DNA from: a virus
Taxonomy: Duplodnaviria > Heunggongvirae > Uroviricota > Caudoviricetes
Direction: 5' to 3' (one strand)
DNA: 12,894 nucleotides
IMG/VR virus record: IMGVR_UViG_2565956617_000006
Location: 1-12,894 of that record
Below are positions 7,894 through 12,894 of the stretch, in pieces. Under the pieces are notes generated by a model that worked only from the letters and a program-made list of their open reading frames with translations, was not told the DNA's origin and ran no database searches. The first letter of the stretch is position 1; each line of letters starts with the position of its first letter. The translations under genes were made by a program, and so were the position numbers.

Positions 7894-8586
7894 TTAAAAC
7901 AACGAGCCAAGCAGGCCAAGTCCGCCGCCAATTGCCGCACCTAATCCAGTGCCAAGTCCTGGAACAATAGAGCCAAGAGCAGCGCCAGTCATAGCCCCTG
8001 AAGCTCCGCCGCTAATTGCTGTCTGAAGACCTGATGGTTTATTGGCATTAGCAGCGGCAAGAGCCGCACTTTGCTGCGAAATCTGACTCATGTTGTTGGC
8101 ATATGTCTGCCCGGCGTTTGCCTGACCTTGCAGTGCGCCAAGACCAATATTTGCCAGATTCTGGTAGTTGTTCATCTGACCAGACAGCCACTGCTGACCA
8201 AGCGTTGGTGCGATTGTTGCTAACTGATTACCGGTTGCAGTGGAACCCAATCCACCTGTTGCTTCCGCTGCCGCCAGACTCTGATAGCGAGCCTGACCAG
8301 CAAGATCTTTGTACTGCTGAGAGTTGTAATACTGGTTAAGTGCCTGACCTTGCCCCTGAAGAGAGGAAAGATTCTGCAATTGTGATACGTACTGCTGAGC
8401 GAGTGGCGTGAACGGAGCAAGGTTTTTCATGATCGTCTGCCACTGCTGATTCTGCAGGTCTGCGGCATACTTCTGAGCTTCTGCTGCATACTTTGCGCTT
8501 TTATCGGACCCACCTTTCCCGCCTTTTTCAGGGCAATAAGGTTCCTCTCCGCGCAGTTTTCTGCCCAGCTTAAATGCATATAACAT
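7894..8586 (-). CDS. Ejection (internal virion, E) protein, P22 gp7-like
   Basis: 230-aa ORF beginning MLYAFKLGRKLRGEEP..., Gln/Ala-rich centre and a Gly-rich hydrophobic C-terminus (GLGTGLGAAIGGGLGLLGSLF). Size and position match P22 gp7. A GGGAG SD precedes the ATG. Confidence 0.7.
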   Translation of the reverse strand: MLYAFKLGRKLRGEEPYCPEKGGKGGSDKSAKYAAEAQKYAADLQNQQWQTIMKNLAPFTPLAQQYVSQLQNLSSLQGQGQALNQYYNSQQYKDLAGQARYQSLAAAEATGGLGSTATGNQLATIAPTLGQQWLSGQMNNYQNLANIGLGALQGQANAGQTYANNMSQISQQSAALAAANANKPSGLQTAISGGASGAMTGAALGSIVPGLGTGLGAAIGGGLGLLGSLF

Positions 8587-8588
8587 GG

Positions 8589-9044
8589 CTATCTCCCGTG
8601 ATTCAGGAAGTCGATTAGTTCTTCGCGTGTAGCACTGTAAAATGTCACGTCATCCACGCCTTTGAAGTATTTCTTGATGGTTCCGACACGCTTAAGGCCA
8701 ATCATTGCGCAGTACATCTGCCCGTGGCGGAATTTGCGCGCAGCGAACGATGTGACGCACTGAACGGTGGTGTTAGTCAGAATGTATCGCCAGAACGCCA
8801 GCCCAATTTCCTTGCTGAAGCCGCGAATCTCTGGCAGGTACATGGCGTGGCAATCGAATGTCAGCGGCTGAATCTCCTGATAGTAAACAATGCCGCCGAA
8901 CTGACCGTACACGTTCACCTCAAAGTAACGGCATTCAGGCTTGTAGTCGTATCCATCACCATTGTTGCTTCCGGCAATAATGTCAGGGTGATTTCCGACT
9001 GCTTCGATCAGGTCGATATTTCGCGTTGGTTTGAACTGAATCAT
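8589..9044 (-). CDS. P22 gp14-like protein (position-based assignment)
   Basis: 151-aa ORF between the tail needle and the gp7-like gene, the slot of P22 gene 14. Start taken at the ATG at 9044, which overlaps the needle TGA stop (TGATG); the ORF track begins one codon earlier at a GTG (9047). Confidence 0.5.
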   Translation of the reverse strand: MIQFKPTRNIDLIEAVGNHPDIIAGSNNGDGYDYKPECRYFEVNVYGQFGGIVYYQEIQPLTFDCHAMYLPEIRGFSKEIGLAFWRYILTNTTVQCVTSFAARKFRHGQMYCAMIGLKRVGTIKKYFKGVDDVTFYSATREELIDFLNHGR

Positions 9045-9892
9045 CACTGCTCCGCAATGATTTTGATGGTTGTGGCATTAAACGCCGCACCATTCGACTG
9101 AATGGTTAACGTACTGCCATTTGTGGCAAGAAATCCGTCTTTATCCACGCTGAAGAATGTAGCTAACAGGATGTTGTCGGTTGTTGTCGCCGCATTACGA
9201 CTGCTGACCAGCGTATCAGGAACAGAGCCGGAAAAGGTTAGCTGCATTGACCTGTTGGCGGTTCCGCTGGGCCACGTCCCGACAATCGACATCTTGAAGA
9301 ACAGGGTTTTGTTCTCGTTGAACACAACCATCTTGTTGTTAACGGTGTCGAAGAATGGTGCCAACGAGCCGGATGACGGCGTGAGCGTTTTCAGCAGGCT
9401 AACAAGGTTGGTCGGCGCTGTCGGGATGGTTACAGATACGCCAGAGTAAACAACCTCTGACTTTTTGCGAGTAGTGGCATACTCCAGAGCATCAATGCGC
9501 GTTTCATGGTCTGAAAGCGTGTTTTGAATGGCGATAACTTCATCAGTCAGATAATCAATATCGTTTTCTGCTGTCGTTAATCGGGAATCAAGGCCGACTA
9601 TCGCCGATTCTGCGTTAGTGATCCTTGTTTCGTGGTCCTGAATCTTCGCTTCAGCTGATGCCAGTCGAATTTCGTGATCGACCAGAATCACATCCTGCTC
9701 ATCGTTCCTGACCTGTGCATCATAAGCGCCCTGTCCGGCCTCGTTGGCCTTGTTAGCCACGTTACCAACATCAGTGCCCTGTGCGATAACGTAAAGCAGA
9801 TACGACTGCGAGAAGATATTGCGTGGAAGGACTGATGTGTCGAGCCGTGTGGCCTGAATGATTACCGGCACATTGAGATTCGAATCAGCCAT
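9044..9892 (-). CDS. Tail needle (P22 gp26-like) with an extra C-terminal knob domain
   Basis: N-terminus [68 protein letters not shown] matches P22 gp26 as recalled. It is followed by heptad-like repeats ([30 protein letters not shown]...[10 protein letters not shown]) and then ~110 aa of beta-rich sequence that P22 gp26 lacks, as in Sf6-type knobbed needles. Confidence 0.8.
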   Translation of the reverse strand: MADSNLNVPVIIQATRLDTSVLPRNIFSQSYLLYVIAQGTDVGNVANKANEAGQGAYDAQVRNDEQDVILVDHEIRLASAEAKIQDHETRITNAESAIVGLDSRLTTAENDIDYLTDEVIAIQNTLSDHETRIDALEYATTRKKSEVVYSGVSVTIPTAPTNLVSLLKTLTPSSGSLAPFFDTVNNKMVVFNENKTLFFKMSIVGTWPSGTANRSMQLTFSGSVPDTLVSSRNAATTTDNILLATFFSVDKDGFLATNGSTLTIQSNGAAFNATTIKIIAEQ

Positions 9893-11310
9893 TACTCAAT
9901 CCTTATCTGGCAGCCTGACAGAGTGACAGGTGACTTCGTGATAACGCGCAATTTGAAACCGACATTTTTCCTGATGCGCCCTACTCGCTTCCACAAAACG
10001 CGTTTGTCGTAAACGAACGGTTCATTCTGCTCAATCATCTGCTCACGCCCGTAATTGATGCCGTCAGTGGTTGCAGAGAGGAACAGGCGGTCAGCGTACT
10101 GCGCAACGCCAGTTGAAGATTCAACCTCAAGGTCGAACACCCGGGCGTTATCCGCTTTGAACAACGGAGTAAACAGCAGGTGTTCCTGCTGCTTGTCGTA
10201 CTGGCTGCTGATATCGAACTGCAATTTCCCGGTCACGGATTCCAGCTTATCGCCGCACGTTATCTGATTGCCTTCGTAAATGAAGTCGATAGCGCGGTAC
10301 ACATCGTCATACAAGCCAGTTTTCAACACACACCATTGCGGACCATTGGCGCTTGAAGATGCGTCGTACACGAGAACATGGCGCGGAAGGTGGATAATCA
10401 GCAACTCATGAGCATCAAATCGCAGAGACTCCATCACACCCTCAGCCAGTTCATCAGCAGTGTAGGAGCGGAGAATTTTCTCAATGCTCGCGCTGGCGAT
10501 TGGTGATACCTGACCGGAGCCGATGATGTATACAGACGGCGCACCTGTTGCCGGATTGCTGATGAACGCATAGGAATCAGCGAATGGAGTTTTACAGTAG
10601 GTTCCGGCAATACCTTTCTGCACCATCAGCGATGGCTGTGCAACATACAAAGCGGCACCAACGGTGGTTGCGCCAGTAAGGGAGAAATATTCAATAGTCG
10701 ATGAACCAAAGCAGACGATGAAGTCTCGCCATGTGCCGATGCCGATGATGCCGTCAGGCTGCGATTCTGCGCGATATTGTGCGCTGTATCGGTCAGGATG
10801 TGATTCGTCTTCAAGGTCAGTGATAAACCATGAATCAGTGCCGTCTTTTGACCACGCATAACGCCCACGTAAGCGCGTAATGTCGCGAACTGAACCTAAC
10901 TCGTACTGTGTGAATCCGCTGTCTGTAGGCCAGTTTGAGACGGTTTTAACCGTGCCATCATAGCGATACTCGACCAGTTGACCATTAACGCCTATTGCCT
11001 GTGATGTCCTACCGTGTGCCATTGATACGCGACCACTTCCGGCGACGTCACCGACTTCGCTTTCGCCTTTGTAGAGCTTGCCACCACACACGCGATAAAC
11101 AGCATTCCGCGCCATGTTGTACTCGACGCCGCGCGATACGCCGTTTACATCAGAGCGTTTGGCAATGCCCGGGAATGAGCGAAGATATCCGCTGCTGTTC
11201 AGGATTTCTTTGGGTGTAGCCAACATATTCACTGGCAGATAGTCGATATAGTCGGCGTTTCGAAAGTCTTTGCCGACACCTTTCATAAGCGGAAGTTGCT
11301 GAATAGGCAT
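9892..11310 (-). CDS. Head-completion / tail-accessory protein, P22 gp10-like
   Basis: 472-aa ORF, the same length as P22 gp10 as recalled, in the gp4-gp10-gp26 order. AGGTGA SD upstream; TAATG coupling to the needle gene. Confidence 0.75.
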   Translation of the reverse strand: MPIQQLPLMKGVGKDFRNADYIDYLPVNMLATPKEILNSSGYLRSFPGIAKRSDVNGVSRGVEYNMARNAVYRVCGGKLYKGESEVGDVAGSGRVSMAHGRTSQAIGVNGQLVEYRYDGTVKTVSNWPTDSGFTQYELGSVRDITRLRGRYAWSKDGTDSWFITDLEDESHPDRYSAQYRAESQPDGIIGIGTWRDFIVCFGSSTIEYFSLTGATTVGAALYVAQPSLMVQKGIAGTYCKTPFADSYAFISNPATGAPSVYIIGSGQVSPIASASIEKILRSYTADELAEGVMESLRFDAHELLIIHLPRHVLVYDASSSANGPQWCVLKTGLYDDVYRAIDFIYEGNQITCGDKLESVTGKLQFDISSQYDKQQEHLLFTPLFKADNARVFDLEVESSTGVAQYADRLFLSATTDGINYGREQMIEQNEPFVYDKRVLWKRVGRIRKNVGFKLRVITKSPVTLSGCQIRIE

Positions 11311-11318
11311 TTATTCAC

Positions 11319-11801
11319 CTATGCGTTTGGGATATCGCCATCAATCAGAGGGAGATCGCGTGGATAATATCGGTCAGATGTGAACACGTCATATTTATTA
11401 CCCTGTCCTACAGGAAAATCTCCACGTCGTCGTATTGAAGGAACAACCAGAGTGTCGGTCATCAAGGCATCATATGAGCGTTGGGCGTTACTGAGAACTT
11501 GCGGAGTTGGTTCAAGGCTGTAATCAGATAGCATTCTCAGCAATAACTGATAGCCTACTGCGTGTTTGTATTTTCTTGGAAGACCTGACTCATCATCTGG
11601 TAATGGCTGCTCATCTCCAGTTGCGAAAGCGTAACCAATGTCGCCGGGGTTAATCATCCACTCGGACATCATATCTTCCAGATCAATTACACCATCTTCA
11701 ATTGATTGCGGCTCAACATCAGTCAGCGATGCATTAGAAGCAATAGCAAACTTACGAAGCGCAAAAAGGACGATCTCACCCTTTGTCAGTACTGTTGCCA
11801 T
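11319..11801 (-). CDS. Head-completion / tail-accessory protein, P22 gp4-like
   Basis: 160-aa ORF; its N-terminal region ([35 protein letters not shown]) resembles P22 gp4 ([35 protein letters not shown]) as recalled. Lies immediately upstream of the gp10-like gene. Confidence 0.75.
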   Translation of the reverse strand: [160 protein letters not shown]

Positions 11802-11961
11802 TGTCTGCCGCCTTACGACCTCGCTTACTGGTCGGTTTCAATTCATCAACTGAGGCAACAAAGCCCAACTTTTCGAAAAACTGGAAGTCTTTTTCTGCGA
11901 TAACGGCCTGTACATGCCCGGATTCGTTATCTGCGGCAAGGAATACACTCATGCGATCCAT
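11776..11961 (-). CDS. Hypothetical 61-aa protein between the coat and gp4-like genes
   Basis: ORF with an AGGA SD 6 nt upstream of its ATG, placed directly after the coat-gene terminator. Its 3-prime end overlaps the gp4-like start by 26 nt in another frame. Basic C-terminus (KPTSKRGRKAADNG). No homolog recognised. Confidence 0.35.
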   Translation of the reverse strand: MDRMSVFLAADNESGHVQAVIAEKDFQFFEKLGFVASVDELKPTSKRGRKAADNGNSTDKG

Positions 11962-11971
11962 ATTGTTTCCT

Positions 11972-11998
11972 TAAAACATAAAAGGGGCGGAAGCCCCT
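11972..11998 (-). terminator. Intrinsic terminator immediately downstream of the coat gene
   Basis: On the minus strand: tandem stops TAATAA, then AGGGGC-TTCC-GCCCCT (6-bp GC-rich stem, tetraloop), then TTTATGTTTT. This is a classic rho-independent terminator shape. Confidence 0.6.
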
Positions 11999-12003
11999 TG
12001 TTA

Positions 12004-12894
12004 TTACGGATTACCGAAGAACTGACCGCCCATGTGAGGGTTAAAGCACACATATGCAGGCAGTAAGTCGAAGCGCATTTTTTGCACGTTGGCATCGCCA
12101 TCTGCGTATTTATGTACGCGGATGGAGAAACCTTCATATGTTGCAACAGCAGAATCAATACTGTGCAGTTTCGGCAGTGGGATAGAGCCAAGTCCACAGA
12201 AGAACTTGTTATAGAACAGGTTTGGCTTCATTGTCTGGCTAGCAGTGCCTACTACAGATACGGCATCGCCTGCCGCTACCTGACGACTTACAGAGTTGTA
12301 CTGCGGGTTTGTAGTGTCATAAATCGGAACACCAGAAAGCGTAACCGTCACATCGCCACCGCTGTCTGAATTAGCATCAGCAGTAACCGTTGCAGTGAAG
12401 CTAATTGGTGTGGCTCCGTTATACAACGCCTGTTTGGTCTGCTGTTGCAGCCAGTAGGTATTGGTGAATTTGACCTGATCACCAGCTTTCAGAAAACCTG
12501 TAACGCTGGCTGTCGCTCCGGTCAATGTTACAGTGAACTGGTATGAGTCTTTAACTGCGTTATAGGTAACAGTTGGCTGTGTTTTGACTGTCAGTGTTCC
12601 GCCAAATGCCCCCTGCGTACGAGAGGCAAGCCCATTAGACATCAGTGCGCGAATGCCGCCAAAATTGGTTGGGATCTGCGCATTCTCCCATGCAGTACGA
12701 ACCAATTGATCTGAAGCGTGCAAACCAGTCTGCGCATCAGCAAGTCGCTGTGCAGACCATGGATCCATTACAGCATAGTTTTCACCTTCATTAACGCCGA
12801 GATCTTTCAGGAAAGATGCCGTCTGCGCAACATCAGACCATTTGGTGATTGGAGTATTGGGGCTACCAAGTGACAACGCACCGTTATTCATCAT
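12004..12894 (-). CDS. Major capsid (coat) protein, C-terminal ~296 aa; 5-prime end lies beyond the window
   Basis: ORF runs off the right edge of the window. It occupies the slot just upstream of gp4, where gene 5 (coat) sits in P22-like phages, and is followed by tandem stops and a strong terminator, typical of a highly expressed capsid gene. Assignment is by synteny; I could not confirm sequence identity to P22 gp5 from memory. Confidence 0.6.
   Translation of the reverse strand: MMNNGALSLGSPNTPITKWSDVAQTASFLKDLGVNEGENYAVMDPWSAQRLADAQTGLHASDQLVRTAWENAQIPTNFGGIRALMSNGLASRTQGAFGGTLTVKTQPTVTYNAVKDSYQFTVTLTGATASVTGFLKAGDQVKFTNTYWLQQQTKQALYNGATPISFTATVTADANSDSGGDVTVTLSGVPIYDTTNPQYNSVSRQVAAGDAVSVVGTASQTMKPNLFYNKFFCGLGSIPLPKLHSIDSAVATYEGFSIRVHKYADGDANVQKMRFDLLPAYVCFNPHMGGQFFGNP

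Larger units (their letters stand above)
568..12894. mobile_element. Right end of a mosaic lambdoid prophage (lambda-type att/sib, P22/Sf6-like virion genes) integrated at lambda attB; continues beyond the window
   Basis: Hybrid attR beside ybhB; contiguous P22-order late genes (coat, gp4, gp10, gp26, gp14, gp7, gp20, gp16, mnt, tailspike) plus a conversion-type acyltransferase. Sharp compositional contrast between accessory and structural genes. Confidence 0.8.

Noticed and set aside
4807-8420. Short ORFs of 60-87 aa on both strands inside the gp16-, gp20- and gp7-like genes (4807-5019, 4836-5096, 6007-6267, 6489-6734, 7233-7496, 7412-7594, 7512-7706, 8103-8339, 8220-8420)
   Set aside because: All are nested within long, syntenic structural ORFs, are Arg/Ser/Leu/Cys-rich as expected for off-frame translation of GC-rich coding DNA, and lack SD sequences.
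8724-11219. Plus-strand and off-frame ORFs inside the gp14-, needle- and gp10-like genes (8724-9101, 9102-9449, 10055-10267, 10626-10868, 10664-10861, 10995-11219)
   Set aside because: Antisense or off-frame within tightly coupled late genes, with no supporting signals.
11638-12369. ORFs overlapping gp4, the 61-aa ORF and the coat gene (11638-11853, 11706-11903, 11783-11974, 11949-12197, 12082-12369)
   Set aside because: Antisense or off-frame to better-supported genes, and several cross the coat terminator hairpin.

Overview
The window holds the right-hand end of a mosaic lambdoid prophage sitting at the lambda attB locus, with the host gene ybhB at the left edge. Reading left to right: ybhB (1-477, +); a lambda-type attR (core ~568-582, P arm with Int arm-type sites to ~725); a sib/tI-like hairpin terminator (729-770); a very AT-rich acyltransferase-3 gene (1085-2071, +) that looks like an Oac-type O-antigen acetylase moron; a tailspike (2129-4027, -) with a P22-type head-binding N-terminus fused to an AT-rich, divergent receptor-binding part; a Mnt-like ribbon-helix-helix repressor (4149-4409, +) with no arc/ant partner; then a minus-strand P22/Sf6-like virion block in canonical order (gp16, gp20, gp7, gp14, tail needle gp26 with a C-terminal knob, gp10, gp4, a 61-aa ORF, and the 3-prime part of the coat gene running off the window). 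All protein calls rest on recalled family sequences and synteny, not on searches. I do not see a recognisable multi-gene defence system, CRISPR array, tRNA or rRNA. The places most likely to hide something new are the accessory loci at the two ends of the structural block: the orphan mnt with an unannotated 25-codon hydrophobic ORF, and the acyltransferase/tailspike pair next to attR.
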